A stretch of DNA of 59,466 nucleotides from Spirochaetota bacterium (GCA_025457965.1 JALOTJ010000015.1:1-59466), one strand, 5' to 3'. Shown: positions 9,209-18,646, counted from the stretch's first letter. Notes: generated by a model from the letters alone, not told the origin. Made by a program: numbers and translations.

Positions 9209-9236
9209 TTGCAAAAAAATATAATATGTTTACAAT
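9209..9236 (+). promoter_or_regulatory. sigma70-like promoter candidate inside the AT-rich island
   Basis: TTGCAA (9209-9214), 16 nt spacer, TACAAT (9231-9236), about 115 nt upstream of the Lys-rich gene. Confidence 0.35.
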
Positions 9237-9350
9237 ACTTTCCAAAATGCATTCGCGAATGTCCGGCCTCGTTAATTAATTGACACGACGTTCGCGGTTG
9301 CTTCGGGGTTATGGACCCCGGGAAAATATAAAAAAGGGGTGGTGCATTAA

Positions 9351-9554
9351 ATGAAAGGTAAATCGGTAAAGCAGTTGACGGCGGAAGGAAAGAGAAGGGC
9401 GATCAAAATCAGGAAGCTCGATAGCGAGCTGAAGAGGGAGAAGGCTGCTCTTGCCAAGGCACAGAAGGACCTGGTTGTGGCAAAGAAGGCCGAGGCCGCT
9501 GCGAAGAAAAAGAAAGTAGCGAAAAAGCCCGCGAAAAAAGCCGTTAAAAAGTAA
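9351..9554 (+). CDS. 67-aa lysine/alanine-rich, histone-H1-like basic protein
   Basis: 22 Lys and 4 Arg in 67 aa, with an AKKxxAKK-type tail (AAAKKKKVAKKPAKKAVKK). A purine-rich SD (AAAAGGGGTGG) lies upstream and a terminator follows. Confidence 0.6.
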   Translation: MKGKSVKQLTAEGKRRAIKIRKLDSELKREKAALAKAQKDLVVAKKAEAAAKKKKVAKKPAKKAVKK

Positions 9555-9585
9555 ACCATACCCGAAAGAAAACGAAGAACCAACG

Positions 9586-9616
9586 AGGGGAGAAATGAGG
9601 CTCCCCTTCTTGTTTT
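9586..9616 (+). terminator. rho-independent terminator after the Lys-rich gene
   Basis: AGGGGAG / loop AAATGAGG / CTCCCCT, followed by TCTTGTTTT. Confidence 0.55.
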
Positions 9617-9698
9617 GGGTCGCATCCGAGCGGAAATGTCCAATAAAATAGAGTGAAGTATTTTATAGCGGAATTCGATAGGTATTGTGAGGGCGTAT

Positions 9699-9784
9699 CT
9701 CGAAAGGCGGGCCTCTCCCGGGAGGTCGCGGCCCGCTGCCACGGGAGTTCGCGAAAGCGACTGCGCACGAATAACGGTTTCGAG
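9699..9784 (+). promoter_or_regulatory. candidate structured 5' leader RNA (three helices) upstream of the PilZ-like gene; class unknown
   Basis: P1: CTCGAAA (9699-9705) pairs with TTTCGAG (9778-9784). P2: GCGGGCC (9707-9713) pairs with GGCCCGC (9730-9736). P3: hairpin 9746-9762 with a GAAA tetraloop. The segment is GC-rich, the gene downstream is AT-rich, and it ends 17 nt before the AAGGAG SD. Confidence 0.35.
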
Positions 9785-9812
9785 CCGGGAGCGGCGTGAT
9801 AAGGAGACGGTG

Positions 9813-10979
9813 GTGGCAGAGTTCAGGGAAAGAAAACCGCGGTCGTTCGATGATGTCAGGACCCTCCCGGACATCATCGAGATGCTCAAAACCCATTTCC
9901 ACAGCAGGAAGCTCAATATAAAATACTCCATCGACAGGATGGAAGCCAAGGTCAACGAGTATCTTGAGGACAACACCGTGATGCTCGTGACGGATCAGGA
10001 GTTCACACCGGAGAATTCCATCACCGTCTATGGCCTGCTTGACAAGTATTTTGAAATCGACCTCAAGGTGGTGGAAACGCGGGGGCCGGGATACTTCAGG
10101 TGCAGTATCGTCAGCATGAGGAAGGCCTCGCGCGGCAGGAGGGACCTGCGCTTCAGGGTAAGCCCCGAAAAGGTAATCGCCACGAATTTTAAAATTTCCA
10201 AGCATACCATCGATATCACTAATTTCACGATACCCACGGGCATAAAGGTCATTATCGAGCAGTTCCAGTCCCAGCACTCAAAGCTTGCCGATATCTTCAA
10301 GGTGGATGTTTTTCAGCCTGGCGACCCGATAATCGACCGGGTGAAACGGAGCCAGAAGACCGTTTTTATTGAAGATTTTTCAAATTCGGAGTCACTGAAA
10401 CCCGAAAACGATAACTTTATGGACCTGGAAGAATTTCTGGGAACTGAGGCTGATCAGTATCTGAAAAAGGGGATAGAACGCGGCTATAAATCGCTTATCA
10501 TCTCTCCGGTAACCTATATAACCCCGGCGGACCAACCGATTCCCTTCGCCTATATTCAGGCCATTTCGAAGAAAGACATTCTTACAATAGAAAAAGTGCT
10601 CGAGATAAAGGAACTGGGGTTTTCACTGATGGATCGTATCAGGGACGCCAACACCCTGATGGTGCCCGTGCACCAGCAAATCGTCGATATAAGCCTGGGG
10701 GGTGCGAAGCTTTTGCTCTCTGACGAAAACCTCAAAAAGTACGTCATACACTCCAAGGGTTTCGTTTTTGACGTCGTCTTCAAGCTGCAGGCCCCCATCA
10801 CCATCTACGGCGAAGTGAAATTTACCTTCTCTGATAACGCGGGCAACATGTTCGTGGGGGTCGATTTCGCGGGCAATTCGTCGAGGAAGGACGAGATGAA
10901 ACGTTTTTACTCGATCATCAAGCCCATGGAGATCGAGTATAAAAACAGGCTTATCAAGGAAATGAAGCAGAAAAAATGA
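9813..10979 (+). CDS. PilZ-like (DUF1577-like) putative c-di-GMP-binding protein
   Basis: Start moved to the GTG 6 nt after AAGGAG (9801-9806). RxxxR (RRDLR, 10137-10151) and DxSxxG (DISLGG, 10686-10703) are both present but lie about 180 aa apart. Confidence 0.6.
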   Translation: MAEFRERKPRSFDDVRTLPDIIEMLKTHFHSRKLNIKYSIDRMEAKVNEYLEDNTVMLVTDQEFTPENSITVYGLLDKYFEIDLKVVETRGPGYFRCSIVSMRKASRGRRDLRFRVSPEKVIATNFKISKHTIDITNFTIPTGIKVIIEQFQSQHSKLADIFKVDVFQPGDPIIDRVKRSQKTVFIEDFSNSESLKPENDNFMDLEEFLGTEADQYLKKGIERGYKSLIISPVTYITPADQPIPFAYIQAISKKDILTIEKVLEIKELGFSLMDRIRDANTLMVPVHQQIVDISLGGAKLLLSDENLKKYVIHSKGFVFDVVFKLQAPITIYGEVKFTFSDNAGNMFVGVDFAGNSSRKDEMKRFYSIIKPMEIEYKNRLIKEMKQKK

Positions 10980-11711
10980 TTATTCCTTCCGCAACCCGTT
11001 TCTTTTCTCTTCCATGATTACTTCGGCATCCGACTTGCGCGCGTAAAATGGAACGACCGCTGTGAAGTCAGCGTATCGTTCCGGGTTCGTTGCGTATATA
11101 TCCCCGACAATTCGGCAGGCGACGCTTCCCGAGGGGGCGAAACCCGCAAGCACCGTGCATTCGGGAATGTGTGCTTCAATCTCAGAGCGGTATTTTTCGG
11201 CCCCGTCGCCGACGGCGAAAGCGCGTTTACCGCGAGCGGGGGGTGCCAGTCGGGCGATCTCGTAATCACCCGGGGCCATCACCTCGACCGGGGAAAATGG
11301 ATCGTCCGAGAAGCGGTAGAGTGCGCCGAACACGCGGCCCTTCTTCGCGTCGAAGGCGACGAGTACGTATTCGCCGGGCGCCGCCGCGACCGAAGCCGCG
11401 TAGAGGAGCTGTGATTTCACGGGGACAAGGGGCGTGCCCAGCGCCTGGGCCAGCATGCGCGCGGTGCTTACGGCGATCCGGATGCCGGTGAAGGAACCGG
11501 GACCCACGCCAACGCCGATCAGTTCGATGTCGCGTATGCCGATGCCGAGCTCGCCGAGCGCCGCGTCGAGGTTCGCGAACAGCGTTACCGAATGGGAAAC
11601 GCGCGACGCCGCCGTACGGTCCGAGGTCCTCCCTCCCGAGGAGGCGGCGAGAAGCTCGGTGGAGGTGGCGGTTTCAATCACCAGGATATTCAATGCTGAT
11701 TTTCCTTTCAT
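10980..11711 (-). CDS. tsaB: tRNA t6A37 biosynthesis protein TsaB
   Basis: ILVIETATS..., GVGPGSFTGIRIAVSTARMLA. It lies next to tsaE. Confidence 0.85.
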   Translation of the reverse strand: MKGKSALNILVIETATSTELLAASSGGRTSDRTAASRVSHSVTLFANLDAALGELGIGIRDIELIGVGVGPGSFTGIRIAVSTARMLAQALGTPLVPVKSQLLYAASVAAAPGEYVLVAFDAKKGRVFGALYRFSDDPFSPVEVMAPGDYEIARLAPPARGKRAFAVGDGAEKYRSEIEAHIPECTVLAGFAPSGSVACRIVGDIYATNPERYADFTAVVPFYARKSDAEVIMEEKRNGLRKE

Positions 11712-12102
11712 TATCGCCGAGGTATTCCATGAATATGACGATGGTCGAATCCGGGAGCAGCCCCTCGGCGCGCTCGGCCCATTCGACTACGGAAACACCG
11801 TCGCCCTCCCAGTATTCCTCGAAACCGAGCGTATCGAACTCGGCGGTTTTTTCTATGCGGTACAGGTCGAAATGGTACAGCGGCGTACCGCCGTCGTAAA
11901 TTTCGAGCAGGGTAAACGTGGGGCTGGTAATGTCATCGGTTATGCCCAGCCCCCTCGCGATCCCGCGGGCCAGTACGGTCTTCCCGCTTCCGAGGTCGCC
12001 GTGCAGCGCGAAGACGGTTCCACGGCGCGCGCTTTGTCCGAGCTCTTTGCCGAGGCAAAGACTCTCCTCCTCTGAGCGGCTTATCAGGGTCCTGCGTCGC
12101 AT
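11674..12102 (-). CDS. tsaE: tRNA t6A37 biosynthesis ATPase TsaE
   Basis: LHGDLGSGKTVLARGIARGLG, SPTFTLLEIY, HFDLYR. Start set to the ATG at 12102; the listed ORF extends to a TTG at 12138. Confidence 0.8.
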   Translation of the reverse strand: MRRRTLISRSEEESLCLGKELGQSARRGTVFALHGDLGSGKTVLARGIARGLGITDDITSPTFTLLEIYDGGTPLYHFDLYRIEKTAEFDTLGFEEYWEGDGVSVVEWAERAEGLLPDSTIVIFMEYLGDNERKISIEYPGD

Positions 12103-12109
12103 GCTTAAC

Positions 12110-13141
12110 TCAAGACGCGGGGGCCGTCTCTTTTTCAAGTCTTTTTATAAAAGCGACGATATGCGCGGGCGGGTCGATTCCAAAGCGCATGGGCTTCCCG
12201 GATACGGGGTGGGCGAACTCGAGGTATACTGAAGCGAGCAACAGATGGGGTACGCGGTATTTTTCCCACTTTTTCGAGTAGATCGGGTCGCCGATGACCG
12301 GGAGCCCCGTCGAGGACAGGTGCACCCGGATCTGGTGCGTACGTCCGGTGTGGATGAGAATGTCGAAGACCGAAAAGACGCCGGAATGAGCGTGATAGAC
12401 CTTTTTTAAAAACAGTTCGGTGACGGCCGCCCTGCCGTCTTCGCGGATGCTCATCTTGTGTCGGTATTTGGGGTGCCTGCCTATCGGCGAATCGATGATC
12501 ATGTGTTCGGCCTGGGGTTTTCCCGCGCTGACGGTGAGGTAGCGCTTTACGACATTCCTGCCGGCGAACGCCTCGGATAAAAACCGGTGGGCCTGGTCGG
12601 TCTTGGCTATCACCATCACTCCCGCCGTGTCCTTGTCCAGACGGTGCACGATTCCCGGCCGCTCCACGCCGCCGATCGACGAAAGGTCGCGAAGATGATG
12701 GAGCAGGGCGTTGACCAGGGTCCCGTCGCGGTTGCCCGGGCCGGGATGAACGACCAGCCCGGCGGGCTTGTTGATGACGGCGAGATGGCCGTCTTCGTAC
12801 AGAATGTCGAGCGGAATGTCCTGTGGCTCGAGGTCCAGTTTTTCGGGCTCGGGAAAGGTGATCGATACGGCGTCATCGGTTTTAAGCCGGTAGTTGGGCC
12901 TGACATGCTCGCCGTTGACGGTGATGTGGCCGTGCCGGAGGAGGTTCTGTATAAGGCTGCGCGAAAGCTCCATCTCGAGGGACTGTGAGAGGAAGCGGTC
13001 GATCCGCTCGAGCTCGCCTTCGCCGGGTATGATGATTTCGATGGGTTCGCCGCGCATTGGGTTACCGGACCGGTATAGTACGCCGCGCTCTGTTCGCAAC
13101 GCGACGAAATTGATTATATATTGACTTTCGTATTCGTCCAT
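12110..13141 (-). CDS. rluD: 23S rRNA pseudouridine synthase, RluA family (RluD-like) with an S4 domain
   Basis: RIDRFL... (S4), VINKPAGLVVHP, HRLDKDTAGVMV, HQIRVH. An internal ATG at 13057 is an alternative start. Confidence 0.85.
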   Translation of the reverse strand: MDEYESQYIINFVALRTERGVLYRSGNPMRGEPIEIIIPGEGELERIDRFLSQSLEMELSRSLIQNLLRHGHITVNGEHVRPNYRLKTDDAVSITFPEPEKLDLEPQDIPLDILYEDGHLAVINKPAGLVVHPGPGNRDGTLVNALLHHLRDLSSIGGVERPGIVHRLDKDTAGVMVIAKTDQAHRFLSEAFAGRNVVKRYLTVSAGKPQAEHMIIDSPIGRHPKYRHKMSIREDGRAAVTELFLKKVYHAHSGVFSVFDILIHTGRTHQIRVHLSSTGLPVIGDPIYSKKWEKYRVPHLLLASVYLEFAHPVSGKPMRFGIDPPAHIVAFIKRLEKETAPAS

Positions 13142-13156
13142 TCATTAATAGCCGCC

Positions 13157-13594
13157 ATGAAACTGAAAGTCGCACCGCACATCCTTGCCGCTTACGCCTC
13201 GTCGCTTCGCGGGTATTTGCAAGAGCGCGCCGGTACGGTAATTTCGTACGCGGGCATCCTCTACTTTATGGAGATCATCTATTTCATGATCGCCATCGCG
13301 TTCCTCTACGGCAGGGCCCCGGCGGTCGCCGCCGGCTTTCTGCTTTCGGGTCTTTTGAGCGTCCAGTTAATCGGCCTTTCGATGAAAAAAGAGCCGGCCC
13401 GAAAGGTCCAGCTCTTTCTAATGGAGGTCCACGCCGCCTATTCGATACCCTTCCTAATTGGCGCGTTTACCGGCGCGGTCCCGGTAACGGGTTATGACCA
13501 GGTGTTCATCGCCCTGCGCTGGGTACTCGTGCTGATCGAGATCGGCGGGATCTACCTTCTTACCGATGACCGGGTGAGGGCTTCGTTCGCCTAA
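13157..13594 (+). CDS. hypothetical integral membrane protein
   Basis: Four predicted hydrophobic helices. The start is uncertain (TTG 13121 or ATG 13157). There is a 4-nt convergent overlap with the icd stop. Confidence 0.5.
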   Translation: MKLKVAPHILAAYASSLRGYLQERAGTVISYAGILYFMEIIYFMIAIAFLYGRAPAVAAGFLLSGLLSVQLIGLSMKKEPARKVQLFLMEVHAAYSIPFLIGAFTGAVPVTGYDQVFIALRWVLVLIEIGGIYLLTDDRVRASFA

Positions 13595-14805
13595 ATATTT
13601 TCCGCAACGGCCATGCCGAATTCGGAACATCGCAGGAGCTTCGCCCCCTCCATCTGCCGCTCCAGGTCGTAGGTAACGCGCTTCTGGTCGATGGTCTTTT
13701 CGATCGCCCTTACCAGCCGATCGGCCGCCTCACTCCATCCGAGGAAGCGCAGCATGAGCTCTCCCGACAGGATGAGCGAGGTCGGGTTGACTTTGTCCTG
13801 GCCGGCGTACTTCGGCGCGGTTCCGTGCGTGGCCTCGAAAATAGCCTCGCTGTCGCCGATGTTCGCGCCCGGCGCCATGCCGAGCCCCCCGACTTGCGCG
13901 GCCAGCGCATCAGAGAGATAATCGCCGTTGAGATTGGGTGTGGCGATAACGTCGTATTCCTCGGGACGCAGCAACACCTGCTGGAACATGGAATCGGCGA
14001 TGCGGTCTTTGACCACAATTTTTCCTTCGGGCGCCTTCCCCTTGTGGGTATTCCAGAGTTCGTCCTCCGTGAGGGTGTGTTCGGCGAATTCCTCCCTGGC
14101 CAGTTCGTACCCCCAGTCCCTGAAGGAGCCCTCGGTGAATTTCATGATATTGCCCTTGTGCACGAGGGTCACACTCTTCCTGCCGTTCTGGATGGCGTAC
14201 TTGATTGCGCTGCGCACGAGGTTTTTGGTGTTTGAAATGCTGATGGGTTTAATGCCGATGCCTGCGTCAAATTCGAGCTTTTGCCCCATCTCGCGGTTGA
14301 GGAATTCGATGAGCTTTCTGGCCTCGCCCGAGCCCTGCTTCCACTCGATCCCCGCGTACAGGTCTTCCATGTTCTCTCGGTATATGATCATGTCCACCTT
14401 GCCGGGCTCCTTGACGGGACTCGGGACACCGGCGAAATATCGTACCGGCCGCACGCAGGCGTAGAGCTTCAGTATCTGCCGCAGGGCGACGTTGATACTT
14501 CGAATGCCGCCGCCGACGGGCGTGGTGAGCGGCCCCTTGATGGCGACCTTGTATTCCTTGATCCGGTCGATGGTTTCCGCGGGAAGCCACTCGCCGGTAG
14601 TATTGAACGCTTTTTCCCCGGCCTGGACCTCCATCCAATCTATGCGCTTTTTGCCGCCGTAGGTCTTTTCGACGGCCGCGTCCAGCGCGATTTTAGTCGC
14701 GCGCCAGATGTCGGGCCCGGTGCCGTCGCCCTCGATAAACAGTATGACGGGGTTGTCCGGAACCTCGATCTTCCCGTGTTCGTACCGTATTTTTAGAGCC
14801 TTCAT
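13591..14805 (-). CDS. icd: NADP-dependent isocitrate dehydrogenase
   Basis: [49 protein letters not shown]. Length 404 aa. Confidence 0.93.
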   Translation of the reverse strand: MKALKIRYEHGKIEVPDNPVILFIEGDGTGPDIWRATKIALDAAVEKTYGGKKRIDWMEVQAGEKAFNTTGEWLPAETIDRIKEYKVAIKGPLTTPVGGGIRSINVALRQILKLYACVRPVRYFAGVPSPVKEPGKVDMIIYRENMEDLYAGIEWKQGSGEARKLIEFLNREMGQKLEFDAGIGIKPISISNTKNLVRSAIKYAIQNGRKSVTLVHKGNIMKFTEGSFRDWGYELAREEFAEHTLTEDELWNTHKGKAPEGKIVVKDRIADSMFQQVLLRPEEYDVIATPNLNGDYLSDALAAQVGGLGMAPGANIGDSEAIFEATHGTAPKYAGQDKVNPTSLILSGELMLRFLGWSEAADRLVRAIEKTIDQKRVTYDLERQMEGAKLLRCSEFGMAVAENI

Positions 14806-15264
14806 AGTCGGGTACCTTCGATAATTATTAGAATTCTACCGCCGATCAACCGTACGGCGGCAACGGCAATGCCATGCATGGTCCAGTTCGGTGAAAGCAC
14901 AGGACCGGCGCACTACCTTCAAAAAACGCAAGTATGAAAACAGGGCGCACTTTCTGCCAATTCTTTTTTAGGGCGTTTGTCGTAAATTCAATTGCAAACC
15001 CGTTTGCCGTATGTATATGATGGGGGCGCAGCATGGCGGCCTATTCCCCGGCCGGGTTAACACGGGAGGGGCTCCCCGTTGGATTCTTCCCGCGCCCGGG
15101 ATTTTGCGTAATGATTTTTAGAAAAGACCGGGCTGCGGGCCCGTGCGGTTTGACGCCTGATGGCCTGCAATAGGCATAAGCATTCAACCCGCATGTGCCG
15201 ATAGTGTTACTGGTGTGAATCGGATCCGTCTGACAAGATTATATTGTAACGCGAGGTGGTACCC

Positions 15265-16551
15265 ATGGGCGAAAATGAAAACCTGAGCATTGATTTCTCG
15301 GAGCTCAAGTACCTCGAGCGCCAGCTCCACAACCTGAGCAGACTGGTTGAGATCAACGGAATCATCAACTCCACACTCGACATAGCGAAACTTCTGACCC
15401 TCGTCATGGAAATCATCAAGGAAATAATGGATACCGAGGCAAGCACCCTGCTTCTCTATGAGGAGCCGACGCGCGAGCTGGTGTTCAAGGTGGCCCTTGG
15501 CGAGGCCGGCAAGGAGCTGCAGGAGCGTTATCGGGTCAAGGTGGGCCAGGGAATAGCGGGATGGGTGGCCGAAAACCGCACTACGGTCTATATAAACGAT
15601 GCATACGCCGACGAGCGGTTCGATCCGTCGTTCGACGCCAAAACGGGATTCACGACGCGCTCCATGCTGTGCGCGCCACTGCTTTTCAAGGGGCGTCTTG
15701 TCGGGGTGATCCAGGCGATCAATCCGGTAAACCGCCCCGGTTTCGACGAGGAGGACGTGGTGCTGTTTAACGCGTTCGCGACGCAGTGCGTGCTTGCGGT
15801 GCAGAACGCCATCTTCTTCCAGAACGCCCTCGAGGAGGAGCGCATAAAAAACGAGCTCCTGGCGGCGCATTCAATACAGCAGTCGCTTCTGCCGGTCGTC
15901 AGCCGCCGGCACGGCAATGTCGCCATCGGCGCGCGCTCAATCTCGGCGCGCGAGGTGGGCGGCGAGTTCTATGATATCTTTTTCCTTAAAGACAATTCCA
16001 TCGCGGTGGCGCTGGGAGACCTCCACACAAAGGGGATTCCTGGAGCGCTGTACGCCTCGGTCGTAAATGGTGCGGTCAAGGCGCTCTCGCACGGGAGGTC
16101 TGACAACCCGGCCGGAATAATATCGTTTGTACAGGACATCATTCGCGATCATATGAACGAGGCCGTCAGTCTTTCGCTGTTCTACGGAATTCTGAAGTGT
16201 GACGATAACACCGTACGCTTCGCGAGCACCGGCATCGCCTATCCCATACTTGTGCGGGAAGGCGTGGCGCGCTATCTGCGTTTCGGCGCGGCGGCCGGCG
16301 AAAACGCCACAAGGAATGTTAGTGTCAGGCTTAAACGGGAGGATGTTTTCGTGATTATATCATCCGGGATGGTCAATGTTAAAAACCGGGCCGGGCAGCT
16401 CCTTGGTCTGAACCGTGTCATGAAACGCCTCGAGGCGAAATTTGAGAATCCCGAGGCGGTCATAGAATCGCTCCTCGCCCTGATGGAAGAGTTCACCGAA
16501 AAGCTCCAGCGCCGCGAGGACGTCTCGATCATCGTTTTCAGGATGGAATAG
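15265..16551 (+). CDS. GAF-domain PP2C (SpoIIE/RsbU-type) serine phosphatase
   Basis: N-terminal GAF (GIAGWVAENRTTVYINDAYADERF). The C-terminal PP2C/SpoIIE part has GGEFYDIF...ALGDLHTKG...SSGMVN. The ATG lies 5 nt after GAGGTGG. Confidence 0.8.
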   Translation: MGENENLSIDFSELKYLERQLHNLSRLVEINGIINSTLDIAKLLTLVMEIIKEIMDTEASTLLLYEEPTRELVFKVALGEAGKELQERYRVKVGQGIAGWVAENRTTVYINDAYADERFDPSFDAKTGFTTRSMLCAPLLFKGRLVGVIQAINPVNRPGFDEEDVVLFNAFATQCVLAVQNAIFFQNALEEERIKNELLAAHSIQQSLLPVVSRRHGNVAIGARSISAREVGGEFYDIFFLKDNSIAVALGDLHTKGIPGALYASVVNGAVKALSHGRSDNPAGIISFVQDIIRDHMNEAVSLSLFYGILKCDDNTVRFASTGIAYPILVREGVARYLRFGAAAGENATRNVSVRLKREDVFVIISSGMVNVKNRAGQLLGLNRVMKRLEAKFENPEAVIESLLALMEEFTEKLQRREDVSIIVFRME

Positions 16552-16553
16552 AA

Positions 16554-16575
16554 GGCGCGAATAATAATTCGCGCC
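16554..16575. terminator. perfect 9-bp hairpin between convergent genes (no U-tract)
   Basis: GGCGCGAAT / AATA / ATTCGCGCC, immediately after the PP2C stop codon. Confidence 0.4.
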
Positions 16576-16701
16576 CATCGAATATTAATTCGTCGTATCG
16601 AGCATACTCTCATTGCCCCGGAAATGGAAACGCGCCGTGTCCCATCAATCCGCGCATGGGCGGACATCGTCCGCGCCACATGGAGTGATCGAGCCGGACC
16701 C

Positions 16702-17535
16702 TCAGCGCCCGAATATCCGCTTCAGAATGACCCTGAAAAAGAAGAACTTGGTGCGGACGATCCTGCCGATTCTCCACGGTTTGGTGATGATTCGATAAAA
16801 CCAGTCCAGACCGCGGTCCATAAAGAAGGCGGGGGCCTTTTTGATCTCGCCGGAGATTACGTCGATTGCGCCGCCGACACCGACGAGCACCGCGTTCCTG
16901 AATTCGTTGCGGTATTTGTCGATCCAGCGGTCCTCCTTGGGAAAGCCGAGTCCAACGAAGATGATGTTGGCGTTCGACTTTCGTATAGCCTCGACGACCG
17001 ATTTTTCGCGCTCGGAGTTAAAATACCCGCCGTGCCGGCCGACGATCCGGATCTTCGGGAATGATTTTTGAATATTAGAGAAGGTTTTCTCCACGATCTC
17101 GGGGCGCGCCCCCACGAGAAATATCGAATACTCCTTGATCTCGGCGATGCGCACGAGGTCCATGAGAAAGCTGATGGGAGGGATCCGCTCCTTGAGTGGC
17201 GTCCTGAGTAAACTCGCCGCCCAGCCAAGCCCCGCGCCGCTGGCGATGTGCATGGAAGCCCTGCTCGAAATGAGCTGAAGGTCCGCGTTGGATTTATACC
17301 GGTGGAGCTTGTACGGGTTGAGAAGTATGACATGGTGGATCCCGCCGGTGTCGATCATTTTCATGACCTTCACGACGGCCTGCGACCTGGTTACGTTGTC
17401 TATTCCGATTCCGAGGATGTTAACGATGTTCGCGTCATCGAGCTTTACCTGGTTGTATTCGAGGATGATGTCGCGCTCTTCCTTCCACGAGTCATAATAC
17501 ACCGAATCGTTGACCACCTCATCCTCCCGTCGCAT
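16702..17535 (-). CDS. WecB/TagA/CpsF-family (GT26) glycosyltransferase
   Basis: ILGIGIDNVT..., LNPYK..., FLVGARPE..., IFVGLGFPKEDRWI..., VGGAIDVISGEIKKAP. Confidence 0.8.
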   Translation of the reverse strand: MRREDEVVNDSVYYDSWKEERDIILEYNQVKLDDANIVNILGIGIDNVTRSQAVVKVMKMIDTGGIHHVILLNPYKLHRYKSNADLQLISSRASMHIASGAGLGWAASLLRTPLKERIPPISFLMDLVRIAEIKEYSIFLVGARPEIVEKTFSNIQKSFPKIRIVGRHGGYFNSEREKSVVEAIRKSNANIIFVGLGFPKEDRWIDKYRNEFRNAVLVGVGGAIDVISGEIKKAPAFFMDRGLDWFYRIITKPWRIGRIVRTKFFFFRVILKRIFGR

Positions 17536-17762
17536 GCCTGTGATGCCGTTAAGTTATACCGCGAATGGCGCTGAATTCAACAGGCCCGCCGAGTCGCCCC
17601 GACTTCGCAGGGGGGAAGGGCGTTCACCTGTTTCAAGCCATCAGACTGATTCATATCATGAGAACGGCGGGTTTCCTTCGCCGAATTTAAAGCTATTCGA
17701 TACCCCTAATGTATTCATGGTATAAAACCAGCGTGAGTGGATTTTTTAATTGAAATTGATCG

Positions 17763-18602
17763 GTGTCAATACAAAAATATGAAATGCCGCGGTCGCAAGG
17801 CGGCCATAGAAGGACTATAGAGGTGGAGATGGAGAGGCTTGATAAGGTGAGTGCATTTCTCGAATTCGATAGAGCACGGGGCGGGTACGTCGAGCCACCG
17901 GCGCGGATGGACGCCGTTCGGGAGCGGCTGTTCGATGTCATACATACGTATAATCCCGGTGTAATCGTCAAGGCGGGGCTCGGCGGCGGACGCCTGCTGA
18001 TTGAGATGGTTGAAAACAGCGAGGCGTATATCGTGGTGGTGGAGCCATCGCTCGATGCCGTCAACGGATTTCTCGAGAGCTGCCAGGCCCCCGTCCGCGA
18101 GCGCGTCCGCTTTATAAACGGCGATTTCCACGATTTCCCGATCGATTACTACAAGGCGGATCTGCTCGTATGCGTCGATTGCCTCGATATCTTCGATTCC
18201 AGCCGCTCTCTCGACGAGTTCAAGCGTGCCCTTCAGTTCGATGGCATACTCTTCCTGTGTACGGTGGTGCTCGAGAACGAGGATGCCGACGGCGTTTATG
18301 ATGAATATATGCACGCCGTCTTTCCCCTGCACAACGACTACTATCTGGAAGACGACCTTAAAACTTTTCTCGAACTGAAGGATTTTCGCTTCATAAAGGG
18401 GAGTGTGCTGAAATTCGAAAAAAATCTGAAAACGGAAACGGCGTATTTCGGAGAACACTTCGAGAACCTTGCCGGGCCCGAAGTGTTCGCGCTGCTGGAG
18501 CGGCACCGCGAACCGATGGGGAGGCTCTATGCGATGGACAACGAGTTGCTGATCAGGGAGCCATACATGATCGGCTGCTTCATGAGGAATAAGCCGTCAT
18601 AA
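17763..18602 (+). CDS. class-I SAM-dependent methyltransferase-like protein
   Basis: Motif-I-like VKAGLGGGRLL followed by VVVEPS and INGDF. The start is uncertain (GTG 17763, ATG 17784 or ATG 17829). Confidence 0.5.
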   Translation: MSIQKYEMPRSQGGHRRTIEVEMERLDKVSAFLEFDRARGGYVEPPARMDAVRERLFDVIHTYNPGVIVKAGLGGGRLLIEMVENSEAYIVVVEPSLDAVNGFLESCQAPVRERVRFINGDFHDFPIDYYKADLLVCVDCLDIFDSSRSLDEFKRALQFDGILFLCTVVLENEDADGVYDEYMHAVFPLHNDYYLEDDLKTFLELKDFRFIKGSVLKFEKNLKTETAYFGEHFENLAGPEVFALLERHREPMGRLYAMDNELLIREPYMIGCFMRNKPS

Positions 18603-18608
18603 CAACCG

Positions 18609-18631
18609 GGCCGCCGCGATGCGCGGCGGCC
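18609..18631. terminator. GC-rich hairpin between convergent genes
   Basis: GGCCGCCGCG / ATG / CGCGGCGGCC, followed by GCACTTTTA. Confidence 0.45.
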
Positions 18632-18646
18632 GCACTTTTACGGCGA

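Noticed and set aside
8994-9245. 83-aa minus-strand ORF in the der upstream region
   Set aside because: It runs through the AT-rich island, has no SD, and its translation is low in complexity (FFASKKLFYIININIIF). It is most likely non-coding promoter DNA.
9699-9784. Assigning the PilZ-gene leader (and the porin leader at 57910-58156) to the c-di-GMP-I or c-di-GMP-II riboswitch classes
   Set aside because: I could not align the conserved cores from memory, and only loose similarity exists in one segment. They are reported as unclassified structured leaders.
9687-9812. Upstream start (9687) for the PilZ-like gene
   Set aside because: There is no SD before 9687. The extension is Arg-rich and GC-rich, unlike the rest of the gene. 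A perfect AAGGAG sits at 9801. The region folds into a compact helix set, so it is treated as a leader.
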